A stretch of 64,000 nucleotides of DNA from Octopus sinensis (Eukaryota): positions 52,514,001 through 52,578,000 of the forward strand of contig NC_043009.1 of assembly GCF_006345805.1 (NCBI RefSeq), read 5' to 3'. The notes under the pieces are model-generated. The model made no database searches, was not told the origin of the DNA, and was given only the letters and a program-made list of their open reading frames with translations. Shown here piece by piece: positions 1 to 13,149 of this stretch. The translations under genes and the position numbers were made by a program. Each line of letters opens with the position of its first letter. Position 1 is the first letter of the stretch.

Positions 1-32
<32 letters not shown>

Positions 33-636
33 TAGATATAGATATATATATATACGACGAGGAAACCGGGAAACCGGCCCTTATGAGCCAGGCATGGCTC
101 GAGTAGGAACAAACAATATATATATATATATATATAAACATATATATATATGTGTGTGTGTGTGCATGTATGTGTGTGTGTGTGTGTGTATGTGTGAATG
201 TGTGTGTGTAACAAACTTTTGGTTGTAGAATAAACAACAAATTTAAGGTCATCCAACTAAAATATCATATGTCGAACATTTAATCACATGTAAAGAAACG
301 TAATGCTTTTTCTTACTCATAGAATGCTGATGCACAAAATCACAGAAGATGAAACAATATTTCATTTAGACAAGTATATAAAAAAGTGAGTACAGTCTAT
401 CGCTAAATAAAAAATTAAAAAATTAATACTTCAGTGTCTAAATTTTTTTTAACATTATAAAACCTAGAATAATAGATATATAAAAATACGTAAATATAAG
501 AAACATACAAAATACATAAGGTATTGATAAAAGTTCATCGATTAAGAATTTTTTACGGTTAAAAGTTACTTTTTAAGATAAAGGGAAACCTTTTAAGAAA
601 AGCCGGTGTCCAAGCAAAAACAAAACATATTTATAG

Positions 637-718
637 TTCCTATGGCCATTTCAGGGGTTCATCAACGTAGTCTATGCACGAGGGTGCATTACGGTAATGA
701 CTCCTTCGTCAGGGGAAA
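637..718 (-). ncRNA. Type I hammerhead ribozyme motif with long stem II
   Basis: Minus strand reads ttccc-CTGACGA-[aggagtcattaccgta atgcac cctc gtgcat agactacgttgatgaacccct]-GAAA-tggcca-TA-ggaa. Canonical core, palindromic helix III (ATGGCCAT), imperfect helix I. Confidence 0.55.
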
Positions 719-774
719 ATAATAATAACACCATATACCAAGACGTAAAAGTGTAGAGTGTAGTATGTATATAC

Positions 775-1140
775 TGGGTGCGTTAAATATGACAGCTTGA
801 ACGAAAGGAAATGAAAATAAAATATTTTAAAGAATCCCAAAACATCAACTAGGCTACGGCTGGGCTGTAACAGCTTATTCAAAGTACACGCCCTAAGCTT
901 CCACCACGGACTCAAAACGGCTCCGGAACCTGGTGCATGCGTTCCTCATTGTTACCCTGGGAAACTCTTCAAACACCTCTTTGATCTTGGCCACCAGCTC
1001 GGCCTTGGTGTTGAACGCTGTGCGTGTGGTGTTTTTCTCTACCCCATACATAGTAATGAGATTACAATCCAGGAAATTTGGAAGCCAGAAATTGTGATTG
1101 GTGAAAGTGTAGAAATTTTCTGTCAAACGTAGTTGTCGAA
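775..1140 (-). mobile_element. Tc1/mariner-superfamily transposase C-terminal relic
   Basis: Translation FWLPNFLDCNL (decayed WPPNSPDxNP)...AELVAKIKEVFEEF...NACTRFRSRFESVVEA*GVYFE*, followed by a TIR-like end beside TA at about 773. Confidence 0.75.
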
Positions 1141-2169
1141 CCGCCAAGTTACGGGGGACTTATATAGACAGACAGACAGATAGATTGTACAGACAGACAG
1201 ACAGACATGCATAAATACACACACAGGAAAAATATATAGACATACATATATGATATCATGTGTGAATGTGTTCCAAACAAAATGGCGCACATTTTCACAT
1301 ACAGGCAATCACAAGAGAATAGGCAATAGTTTATGCGTGTATATTTCACTGACACTGAAAATACACGCATAACCTCACACACATATGTAGGAACCACATA
1401 GAAACACACACACGCATATCCATGGACGCACATACACATACGGACGAACGCGCGCACGCACGCATAGACAAACATTCACAAACATTAAACCAAGACTACA
1501 TGAAAAGCGCAGAAGAGAAATTACTATTTTAAAAATTTACGAATGCCAATTGCCAATTTGTGTGTGTATGTGCATGTTTGCGTATGTTTCTCTATGTGTA
1601 TGCGCTTGCGCTGTTAAATATGTATATGCGCTTGCGCTGTTAAATATGTGTGTGTATAAGAGCCTGTATATGTGTGTACATTTATGCAGATGTTGAGTGG
1701 GAAATGAGATATGACTAGTTAAAGTGGTGGTGATATCATCGGCGGTGGTTCTGGTGGTAGTGATGGCGTTCCTCTTGATAAACTATTGATGTTTTTGTTG
1801 TTGTTGTTGATCAAAGTGGTACTGTTGGTGGTTGTAATGGTGGTGACGATGGTTCATTTAGTCTCGGAGGTTGAGTTCCTATCAATGGTAGTGGTATTGC
1901 CAGTGTTTGCTCTTTGTGATAGTGATGTTGATGGTATTGCTTATGATGGGAATGTTTTTTGTTATGATCGCTATGATGTTAGCGCTAACGGTAGCCATGG
2001 TTATGGCGATAAAGTTTATGAAGACGATGAATTAGTGACTGCATGTCAATGGTTATTTCTTTGTTCTTCTAAATATTAGCCGAGTATACGGGTATACGTG
2101 AAGGCACATACACACACACACACATGCTCTCATACATACATACATATATACGTACATACATACATACAC

Positions 2170-3283
2170 ACAAAAATTCACTAGACGAAATTTCCCTCTC
2201 TACTCACACCTTCCTCTACTTGAAGAATTTGATGAGAAATTCACCAGAGAGGAAAGTGTTTATCACTAAACCTTTGAGACGCGTCCACTATACATATTCT
2301 TTCTCCATAGCCACAAGTATGATGAAAATGGCTCTTCCGTCCCGTTTCAAGGAAGGAGGTGCAACAATAACCACGATAGATTTGATTGATAAACCGACTC
2401 GCCCCATACGCGACAGCAATCGTTCGACATAGGCCCACACGTCGGAAATGGTTGGACACTGTACGAGTGCGTGCAGGACGGTTTCGTCGCTCTGCCCGCA
2501 TCTCGGACAGGTCGGCTCCGTGTTTCTCGAGCCATGCCTTTAGAGCTTATCCCGAACGGGTAGCGCTTCTCGATAGCGCTGCCAGGCCAGGGATCTCTGG
2601 AATTTGTCCCTAGGTCCCGGCCCGAAAGTCGTCTTGAACAGGCTGGTCAGGAATTCCTCGTCGACGCCCAGGTTAGCCCCAAGATCGTCGTCCTACCTCC
2701 CCTCCACTAATCCTCTATAGAATGCTTTGGTTGTGTTGAAGTCGCTCAAGATCGGCCCGAGATGGCATAGTTGCTTGAGAGCAACGCGATACTCGCGGTG
2801 CCATTCGCCCTTCCTCAGCCTCTTTTAGATCCACGACTGCAGTTCGTTCATGGAGACGAGCTGCGGGAAAGCGCGCCTCACAAACGGTGACCACACCGTC
2901 GTCTACGTAGAGCCGTCTCAGTTCGTGTCTGTGCATCATCAACTACGGCATGCCCAGCCCACCTTTTAACGGGTGTTGGCAGAAAAAGGATCGCCTGACC
3001 ATCGGAACGCATCCTTTCCACAAGAAGCGGAAGACAATGCGTTCCAGTTTGGTGATGGTAGGGTCAGGACAAGGCACGACGGTCAGGCGGTACTAGATAA
3101 CGGACGCGATGTACGTGTTCGCCACCTCCGCCCGACCAATTCTGGCATTCAACTGTAAAGCTCGTAGGGTAGACCATCCAAATCCAGCGATTTATCCCTC
3201 GAGCATTCTGCCATCGCGTCACGCACTTCCGCTGCCGTGATGGCACCTTCGCAAAGGCATGAGAATACGGAAACAGCATCGAC
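2170..3283 (-). mobile_element. Tx1/L1-clade LINE ORF2 relic, internally deleted
   Basis: Motifs in order: ITAAEVRDAMAECSRDKSLDLDGLPYELY; GRAEVANTYIASVI*YRL; LERIVFRFLWKG; GGLGMP; zf-RVT CPRCGQSDETVLHALVQC. In-frame stops; GC-rich relative to flanks. Confidence 0.88.
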
Positions 3284-3420
3284 CTGTTTAGAAACAGGAG
3301 CTAAATTTCCAGTTCAACCGCCGGAAGGCACCACATAACAAAAACAATAGTAGGCGAGGAAACGGATAGACTGTTAAGCCATTGAAAAAAGCATACCATT
3401 AAAGAATATGCCATTGAGAT

Positions 3421-3479
3421 ACTCATATACCGTGGTTTCGGATTCTGGCCCGAGATCCTCAACCTTCTTCAGTATGAGT
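3421..3479 (-). ncRNA. Type I hammerhead ribozyme motif (canonical core)
   Basis: Minus strand: actcata-CTGAAGA-aggttgaggatctcgggccagaatcc-GAAA-ccacgg-TA-tatgagt. Perfect 7-bp helix I, near-palindromic helix III (ACCACGGT), GUA cleavage triplet. Confidence 0.75.
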
Positions 3480-3619
3480 CACTTGTAAAAATTCTATGTC
3501 TGTAAGGTTTTAAAATCTGCCTGCGTTATGGCTTGTTTTGTACCGAGCCGGTCCACATGGGGCAGAATATATATATATGGTATATATAGCACCTATACAG
3601 TCGTCTATATAGCGCACAT

Positions 3620-3742
3620 GCACTCACAAGGTTTTTCTCTTCCCGTTGCTATAGTAGAAAACACTTGCTCAGGTTGCCACGCAGTGGGACTAAAACCGGA
3701 ACTGTATGGTTGGGAAACAAGCTTCTCTTCACACAACCATGC
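3620..3742 (-). mobile_element. SINE family B 5' fragment, degenerate
   Basis: ctatagtagaaaacacttgctcaggttgccacgcagtgggact matches the copies at 47582 and 54122. Confidence 0.65.
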
Positions 3743-3973
3743 TTTTCTTTTCTTCCTTTTCATTCCCCTTTTTGCATCTACCTCTTTCGCATTTTTGTGA
3801 CTTCTCTTCTTTTCTCATTTTCTCCCATCCAGCTTCCTCGTTTTTAAATATATCGAATGTATGAAGAGATTTTAAAAGATTATTTATTTGGATATACATG
3901 CCGTATATTATAAGTCTTCCAATTTAAATATTGTAAAGGCATGAAATTATTGGTAGCTCTTTAATAATTGTGT

Positions 3974-4007
<34 letters not shown>

Positions 4008-4393
4008 AGTAGTTGAATGAATTATCCTCGTATGGATAATTCGGTTAACCGATACCCGGGTAGCAAATTCACGTCAGAAAAACACGGTTGAAGCTACATG
4101 CCAAGGGCAGAGATCACGTGTTTTCGTGTGGAAATTTGTGTGTTTTTTTCTTTCATTTATTTGTATATATATATATATATATATATTCACACACACAAAT
4201 ATATATATATATATATGTGTGTGTGTGTATATATTTATATATATATATGTGTGTGCGTTTGTACATTTGAATACACACATATCTATCTCCACACAAATCA
4301 TATATATATATATATATATACATATCAAATATATATCAATTTTTAACCCAGTTGTTTCCCCTATCTGTCTGAGTTTACGCTGTGTGTATGTAT

Positions 4394-4433
<40 letters not shown>

Positions 4434-4764
4434 ACACAGACACACACACATACATGAACAAACTCAGCAGATATAATATGAATAACTCCATTTAGAGATT
4501 AAAGAAATACGCACGATCAATTTCGACGCGCAACATAATTTCAGCAGAGAGGTGACAGTGACCTCGTTTCATAACACAAAACAGTTCTATCAGGAAATAA
4601 GCAAAAAGTACATACAACAGGTTTTGTATGTTCTTCAATGGCTAAAATATCTCATCAACGTATTCATTATTTCAGTTACACATTTCTATAGATGTGCAGA
4701 TTTTACGACAACGTGATCTCTAATAATTTGTGAATTATTCTCAAAAGCCATCAATTGTGTTTCA

Positions 4765-4900
4765 TATATACATTATATACATGTATGTATGTATGCATGT
4801 ATGTATGTATGTATGTATGTATGTATGTATGTATGTATGTATTATGTATATATGTGTATTTATATATGTATATATGTATGTATGTGTGTATGTATGTATG

Positions 4901-4945
<45 letters not shown>

Positions 4946-5033
4946 ATATATATTATATATATATATATGTATATATATATATAATATATGTATATATATA
5001 TTATATATGCATATATATGTATATGTGTATATA

Positions 5034-5079
<46 letters not shown>

Positions 5080-5145
5080 TCATATATATATATTTATATA
5101 AATATATAAATATATATAATATATATACATATATATATATAATAT

Positions 5146-5196
<51 letters not shown>

Positions 5197-5255
5197 ATAT
5201 ATATATATATACAGATAAATATATGTATGTATGTGTGTATGTGTGCATATGTGTG
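4765..5255. repeat. Compound (TATG)n/(TA)n microsatellite
   Basis: Directly visible; one of many such tracts in the window. Confidence 0.95.
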
Positions 5256-5414
5256 TGAGATTCAGTGTACGAAAAGTGGAGGGAGGGTGAGAAACAGAAT
5301 GTATCAATAGAAATGCAAGACAGAAGAGGAAAACAAGAGAAGACTAATATGTATATTAACTTCACGTGGACTGTTGACGATTTCTTTCCTCCTTCCATTT
5401 CTTTTGAACTTTCC

Positions 5415-5485
<71 letters not shown>

Positions 5486-5690
5486 CGGGAAGCTTTATGA
5501 AAATAGACAAAAGACGAAGGCAGGTGGGAAACAAACAAACAATTGTATTAGTATGGCGCTCAGGAAATATAAAGAAAACAAGTCTTTAACGTTTCGATCC
5601 TACGCTCTTCAACAGAAAGATACACAGAGAGAAAAAAAACACAGAAAGAAGGAGAGAAAAAAATGCGTGCAGTAACTAACGAATCAACAT
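5486..5690 (-). mobile_element. Short repeat family D (hammerhead-like motif, probably PLE-derived), copy 1
   Basis: Shared with 6590, 42061, 53210, 54690 and 57310. Motif at 5583-5620: tcttt-CTGTTGA-a-gagcgtaggatc-GAAA-cg-TT-aaaga. Confidence 0.75.
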
Positions 5691-5849
5691 GGCGATCTGA
5701 TTTCAGCCAGAGGTCAAAGATCAAACATGAGACGCGAGAGCGAAATAAGGGGAGATAATAGGGTTGATATATATATGTATATATATATGTATATATATAT
5801 ATGTGTGTGTGTGTGTATCTATGTATTTATGCAAGCCTGTATTATGTAT

Positions 5850-6040
5850 ATGTTTCTTTAGTCCATTCCTCTTAACTAGAAACGGGTCTCCCTGCGATGG
5901 ACAGGCGTTCTCTGCCGGGGCCATGTTAGCCGGTCTGTGTAGCCAGTGGAACAGCTTTAGATGGAAGCTAAATGAATGCGAGGAACCCCATTGTGCTCAG
6001 TAGTGTATAACAACATTCGATAGTTTGGTCGATACCGTGA
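5850..6040 (+). mobile_element. SINE fragment with V-domain-like motif
   Basis: Contains ccctgcgatggacaggcgt; tail resembles that of the SINE at 62451. Confidence 0.45.
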
Positions 6041-6218
6041 GATCTCTCTGTCTCTCTCTCTCTCCCACTCTCTCTCTCTCTTTCTTACTCTTTCCCTCAC
6101 CGTATATATATATGTGTGTGTGTATGTGTGTGTAATAAAAAAACAAGAACAAACACAAAAGAAAAAAAGGACGTGTGATACATGTAAAGTATTAACAGAC
6201 GCTCAGGGGAGGAAAGAC

Positions 6219-6272
<54 letters not shown>

Positions 6273-6279
6273 TATAGAT

Positions 6280-6373
<94 letters not shown>

Positions 6374-6492
6374 TACATATATATATATTATATATATATA
6401 TAACGATATATATATATATATATACTAAGTAATTAAGGGTTTAGCAACGATTTGCCTCACCACACATATATATATATATATATATAATATAA

Positions 6493-6589
<97 letters not shown>

Positions 6590-6591
<2 letters not shown>

Positions 6592-6745
6592 CCACTACAC
6601 ACATGTTTCTCTCTCCTTGTTTTTTCTGTGTCCATTTCTGTAGAAGAGCGTAGGCTCAAAACGTAAAAGGCTTTTTCTATTCCTGAGCGTTATACTGATA
6701 CATCTGTTTGTTTTGTACACCACCTGTCTTCGTCTTTTGTTTTAT
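6590..6745 (+). mobile_element. Repeat family D, copy 2
   Basis: ttt-CTGTAGA-a-gagcgtaggctc-AAAA-cg-TA-aaa, with GAAA mutated; ends at TATATA. Confidence 0.75.
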
Positions 6746-7589
6746 ATATATGCACCATATGTTAGATTTGACAAGTCTTGTTTTGTAAATCACCTCCTGT
6801 TTCCAATACTGTTTTCATAATTATATAAAGAATATATCACCAGTTACTTCACACAGATAGATCAGTTATAAATTAGATCAGTTATACCTTATTCAGGCGA
6901 CCTCCTAACGTTATCGAGAAAATATCTACATAAAAAAAAACTCTTCAACCAGAAATAAAAATGAAATTAACGCACCAGCGATTAGCAAGAAAAGATTAAG
7001 GTGATGAGAATCGTAGAGGTTGGTAGAGATTCGATTCTTAATGAAAAGATGGTGACATAAATATATTTGTACTCTTACTTGGCAACATACACTCAAACAC
7101 AGAGCCACATATATTTAAAGAAATGCATACTCGACTATATACATATATATATTTGATGTATATATGTTTATATAAACATACATATATACATATATATGTG
7201 TATATATAGAAGTCCACGACCATTTTAGAACGTTGCTTGTGTGTGGTAGATGAACATTCATAAATAATTCCGTCATTTATAATAGCTAGAGATGTTATAT
7301 TTGTTATGGCATTATAAAAGTATCAATAGGAACAACAGATGAATTATAAACAAAGTTTTATTAAGCTTAACGCAAGGTAATAAAAATCTGTTCACCGCGA
7401 CAGTTTTGATTGACTTCATCCGTCTTACTATTGAACAACAGCGTCTTGTATCCGAGTTCTTTTAGCTGGGTTCCCTTTTGCAAGCACTCTCTCTGGAATA
7501 AACTTCCCTTAAGCTTTTTCTCTTTTGCATCCTACTATCACTACCACCGAAGGATCTAGGGCCCTACTTCTCTTCTTCTGAATAAGGCA

Positions 7590-7810
7590 TCCAAAATGCA
7601 AGCCTGCGTTTACATTCTTTCCTTCTACCAAGAAATCTAATGCCCACAGCTTAGTTTTTTCCTTGGGGCTGGCCGATTTGGAGCAAATCTCAGAATTAAA
7701 CAGCCGAAATTTGCCATGATGATTCGGTTTCTGACTGAAGATTGAAGGCTTCGAATGACTTGTCTGTTTTCTGTGTTCGTCCTTTCGTGTATTTCACGTT
7801 CCTTATATAT
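7590..7810 (+). repeat. Dispersed repeat family E, copy 1 (unclassified)
   Basis: caagaaatctaatgcc...agcttagttttttccttggggctggcc...ttggagcaa is shared with 8575-8815. Confidence 0.65.
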
Positions 7811-7818
7811 AATTTTTT

Positions 7819-7849
<31 letters not shown>

Positions 7850-7853
<4 letters not shown>

Positions 7854-8157
7854 GCTACTTTCCGGTATACGAGCAAAGCCATAGCTGGAAAGAATCGTTG
7901 AGATGACTCATTGATGATTCAATGTGAGGCCCTTTTTGTATGACACTTGAGCCCGGCCAAAGATCTGCACATTCTATTCCATAATGTACAGCTGTGTTGG
8001 CTGGCTGGCTGGCTGGCTAGCAGAGGGAACTGGTGTCTCCGTATGAAGTCTTTTGTCATTCTTTTTCAATGCTCCAAGGCACACCTTTCCACAAGTTGCA
8101 TGGCTCGAACATTTTCTCCAACAAATCACACACATAAAAAGCAACACTCCCGTCCCA
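7850..8157 (-). mobile_element. RTE-like LINE 3' relic with decayed C2H2 fingers
   Basis: CVICWRKCSSHA and CTLWNRMCRSLAGLKCHTKRPH resemble the finger at about 13450-13510. Confidence 0.5.
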
Positions 8158-8166
8158 TTTTGTATT

Positions 8167-8197
<31 letters not shown>

Positions 8198-8574
8198 GCG
8201 GCGTACTTACACTTTGGTCTCTTATAGGTAAGTATACATTTTTCTAAATCTTGTACGACTCTATTTCTGTCTATCAGCTCTTTCACTCTCATTCTTTCAT
8301 TCTACACTTCGTTCTTTCGTTCCTCCCTCTCACAATTCTTTGCCTTCTCTTCTTGCTCACTTTCCCTCCACTTTTCACTTCACTGTGACCCTGTCATTTT
8401 TTCTCGCCCTTCTTTAATTCTTCTGTCTCTCTACCTCTACCTCTCTCTCTCTTCTCTTCCAACGTGACCGGCGTTCGGCCAAGCCTGATCTTTCTTTCCA
8501 GGTCTGGACGTTGTTCGTGCAACATCGATAATCCTTTATATCCGTTTTTTCTTGTCCTTGTTTTGTATACATTC

Positions 8575-8815
8575 GCTGCTTTCTTCCAAGGAATCTAATG
8601 CGCTTAGCTTAGTTTTTCCATAGGGCTGGCCAGATTGGAGCAATCTCGAGTATAATCAACCGAAATTGCGATGATAATCTGGTACTCGACTGAGGAAAAA
8701 AAAACTTCGAAAAAGCCGTCCTTGGTTTCTTTGTATCGTCGTCTATCTGGATGTTTTGTTGTCTCATTTTTCTATCACCTAACTGTCCGGATGTTTTGCG
8801 TTCTTGTCTCATTTT
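8575..8815 (+). repeat. Dispersed repeat family E, copy 2
   Basis: Homologous to 7590-7810; ends at (TA)n. Confidence 0.65.
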
Positions 8816-8816
8816 G

Positions 8817-8852
<36 letters not shown>

Positions 8853-8897
8853 ATAAATATATAAATTTATATAAATTAAATTTATTTCGTCATTGTT

Positions 8898-8936
<39 letters not shown>

Positions 8937-9208
8937 TATGTATGTGTGTATGTATGTATGTATATATGTATATATATATAGTTTCTAATGGAAAGAGCTT
9001 GCTCTTTCACAGGGATGTATTTCGCCCAAGCGTTCAACAGTTTATCTCCATATCGATTAATTATCCTCGAATTTGTTAATTTGTGTTAATATTAGTGTTT
9101 ATTGATGCTTCTTCTTCGACATGAGTGCTTAATACTTATACAGTTCTAGTTGTCATTATAGATGTTTTCATCCATTCGATATAGGAAAACAGAATTTAAT
9201 AATATAAT

Positions 9209-9384
9209 ATAATATAAAGAAAATGGAGAGTGTGAACACTGAAAAAAATCAATTTATTTGTATAATAGTCAATTCTATGTCACCTACGCACGTTTCAATT
9301 CCCTTTCATTCATATTTTGCAATTTGACTATTATAAAAATAAATTGAATTTTCTGTGTTCACACTCTCCATTTTCTTTATATTA
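9209..9384. repeat. Fold-back inverted repeat (arms about 60 bp)
   Basis: taatataaagaaaatggagagtgtgaacac...tataatagtcaa versus ttgactattata...gtgttcacactctccattttctttatatta. Confidence 0.85.
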
Positions 9385-9399
9385 CATATATATAATATA

Positions 9400-9909
9400 C
9401 TAGCAGTATCGCCCGGCGTTGCTCGGGTTTGTAAGGGAAATAACTATATAAGCATTTTAGAGAGTTATTCCCTTATAGATGCCAATTCGGGCTTTCTTAG
9501 CCATTTCTGTTTTGGTATCTTCAAGCCATGAAGTCGTGTTCTAAAAGAACGCTGGTCTCCTTGACAACGCTTTACGACGTTGATTTCTTACACTCCCTTC
9601 CCCACAGCTTCACGAGGGAGGAGAAGAAGGGGGAGAAGCCAACAGGTGCAGGTGTGACCATGGACGCCAACTCCGCCGCCATCGACACACGAAAAAGTAT
9701 GCATTAAAATGGAATAAAAAATTATGTTAAATTATTTTTAAAATCGTAGACTCATCGTAGACACGCGCTAATACTCAGACGGGCTCGATATGAATCACGA
9801 CTATAAGATACCCGAATTTGGTTAAACTGCACCGCAAAATGTGGGGGTAGTTAGGAATCTAAATCGAAGGGGACAGACACTCACACAACTACAGTTTTAT
9901 ATATATAGA
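9400..9909 (-). mobile_element. Non-autonomous Helitron
   Basis: Minus strand has 5' TC, subterminal hairpin cccgagcaacgccggg and 3' CTAG; inserted at A|T with no TSD; homologous to 13936-14333. Confidence 0.88.
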
Positions 9910-10880
9910 TTACATCGCTCATGAAGAAGATTTAAGAAAACAAAGATAGAATGACAGAGCTGCACTAATCAGAAAAAGGATCAGTACAGTATAATTCGAT
10001 TTGTTGGGAACTGTTACATAAGGAATATCCTTAAACAAATTATTAACGGCGAAATGGAACTTGAAATGTTTGGGTGTCACTTGTCGGAGTGGAATTTAAG
10101 ATAGCGGTGAGGTCGAACATTTGCTATCAATCCACCATTTTGAATTTTGCACTAAAACAGGACAGTTTCGGACCACGAAGTTTGTATGAAATAATGTACA
10201 CGCAGAGACAGACACACATACAACATAGACATACATATACATATATATACAAACATATATATGTATATGTATCTATATATATTTGCCTCTGTGTGCGTGT
10301 GTGAGTGTGTGTATGTATATATGTGTGTGTGTGTATGTATATGTGTGTGTACGTGTGTGTATATGAGTCTGTGTGTCTGTGTATTGACACTCATCAGCTT
10401 GTATATCTGAGTAAGCATGCACACACTCCTGCACACCCGGCAAACACACGCACAGACACATCACACGCGCACGTACAAACGTATACATTGCGTATGTGTA
10501 CTTGATGCGTTACTGGCAATGGTTATGTAACATATATATGTCTGTATAAAAGATTATATAATACGAAGGAAATCATGACATGTTCTACGTACATATATAT
10601 ATAGCGAAAACGTGCGCGTATATTTTGTAATAATTACAATATATAGTTTATACATTTTCATAAACACGAGCAAATACACACACTGATATATCGACAGACA
10701 CACCTGCAAAAATTCAATCACATGCATATAGATACACATAAATGCATACACATGCACATACATATTTACATGTACACACAAGTTCATCCATACAGACATA
10801 CATGCGTAAATAGATACATACACCCATATATACAAACATACATAGATACTTACATACATACATACATATACTCACATACA

Positions 10881-10920
<40 letters not shown>

Positions 10921-11374
10921 TTTATTCACATATAGACCCATACTTAAACACATTAAAGCATACACATATAAACACTCATATATACGTTCATACATATATA
11001 TACATCCACACACACACATACATACATACACTTACTATATACATGTCCATACGTATATGTACACCAAAACACATACATCTGCATATATGGAATCATACAC
11101 ATACATTCGTGCTTAAACATACATGCATACACCCATACAAACCACACTCGTACATATATACCTATGTACAGGCATACATTCACACACCTATACATAGAGG
11201 AGAATACCTAGACGCATATATAACAACATACACACACCCACATGTACTGCCACACTCTTAACTGCATATACATAAATACACACACATGTATATATTACAG
11301 ACACCACAAACACATCAATATATACATACATATATACGTAGAGGCACATATATAGATACATACATTCATGAATG

Positions 11375-12003
11375 CATACATACATAGATAAGTACTTACG
11401 TACATACATGCATACATACCATACATACATACATGCATACATACATGCATACATACCATACATACATGCATACATACATGCATACATACCATACATACAT
11501 ACATACATACATACACACATACATGCATACATACATGCATACATACATACCATACATACATACATACATACATACACACATACATGCATACATACATGCA
11601 TACATACATACATACATACATACACACATACATACATACATACATACATACATACATACATACATTCATACATACATAAATACATACATACATTCATACA
11701 TACATAAATACATACATACATTCATACATACATACATACATACATACATGCATACATTCATACATACATACTATACATGCATACAGACATACATACATAA
11801 CATACATACATACATACATACATACATACATACATGCCATACATACATACATACATACATATATACATACATACATTACATACATACCGTACATACATTC
11901 ATACATACATACATACAAACATACATACATGCCATACATACATACATACATACATATATACATACATACATACATACATGCCATACATACATACATACAA
12001 ACA

Positions 12004-12037
<34 letters not shown>

Positions 12038-12232
12038 CATACATACATACGTACATGCCATAAATACATGCATACATACATACATACATACATACATAGC
12101 ATGCATACATGCATACATACATACATAGGTGCATACACGCAAACATACATACATACATACATACATACATACATACATACATACATACATACATACCATG
12201 CATACATTCATACATACATATATACATACATA
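11375..12232. repeat. Long imperfect (CATA)n microsatellite
   Basis: Directly visible; source of the HTYI/MYVC ORFs. Confidence 0.95.
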
Positions 12233-12930
12233 CCCCAATAACAAAATTGAAAACCAAACAAGAAAATGATACCCGCAAGACATCTTAAAATTAGTTTCAA
12301 GTATCGATAATTTAGTTTCGATGAAATGAACGTCAAAAAGCAAAAAACAAAAAGATCAATAAAAATAATTTTGTTGACGAATACTTTGCCCTAGAATTCT
12401 TCAGTTTGCAATTTTCTGCCATTCTACCAGAAAATTTGAATCCATTATATTTACTAAGTGATAGATAATTACTTTCTAGTTGTATCTGTTTATTTTATTC
12501 GTCGGATCGAACTGGTATTTCGTTTGCTTGCGTTTGATTAGTTTGTTTGAGAAAGAAACAATTTCTGTTAGTGTTTAGTGATATTTCTGTGTTTTGTGTG
12601 TATTTATGTGTGTGTAAACGTGCCTGTGTTTGTGTCTGTATGTGTGTGTGTGTGTGTGTGTGTCTGATTTTTATTGTGAGTGTGTATCCATGCGTAATTT
12701 GTTTGTGTCTATGATGATGTGTGAAAGTATGTTTATATCTGTCGGGTTCTTTTATCTTGTCCTTTGCGTGTTTCAGGAGAATTTGATTCCACCCCCTACG
12801 CACGTACACTCACAGACACACACAAGTACTCCTTATACATATATATATATATATATACATACATACATATGGGTATGTGTATGAGTGCATGTATGTGTAA
12901 GCACACACACACAAACAAATATCCATATGC

Positions 12931-12974
<44 letters not shown>

Positions 12975-12975
12975 G

Positions 12976-13056
<81 letters not shown>

Positions 13057-13094
13057 GTATATATATGTATATATATATATGTGTATATATATAT

Positions 13095-13127
<33 letters not shown>

Positions 13128-13149
13128 GTATGTATATATATATATATAT

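Noticed and set aside
7000-7040. GTGATGA-gaatc...gattc-GATT hammerhead-like string
   Set aside because: Both core halves are mutated and there is no helix I or III.
7730-8725. CTGAAGA/CTGAGGA...ttcGAA motifs in repeat family E
   Set aside because: Helices I and III cannot be formed in either copy; a consensus is needed.
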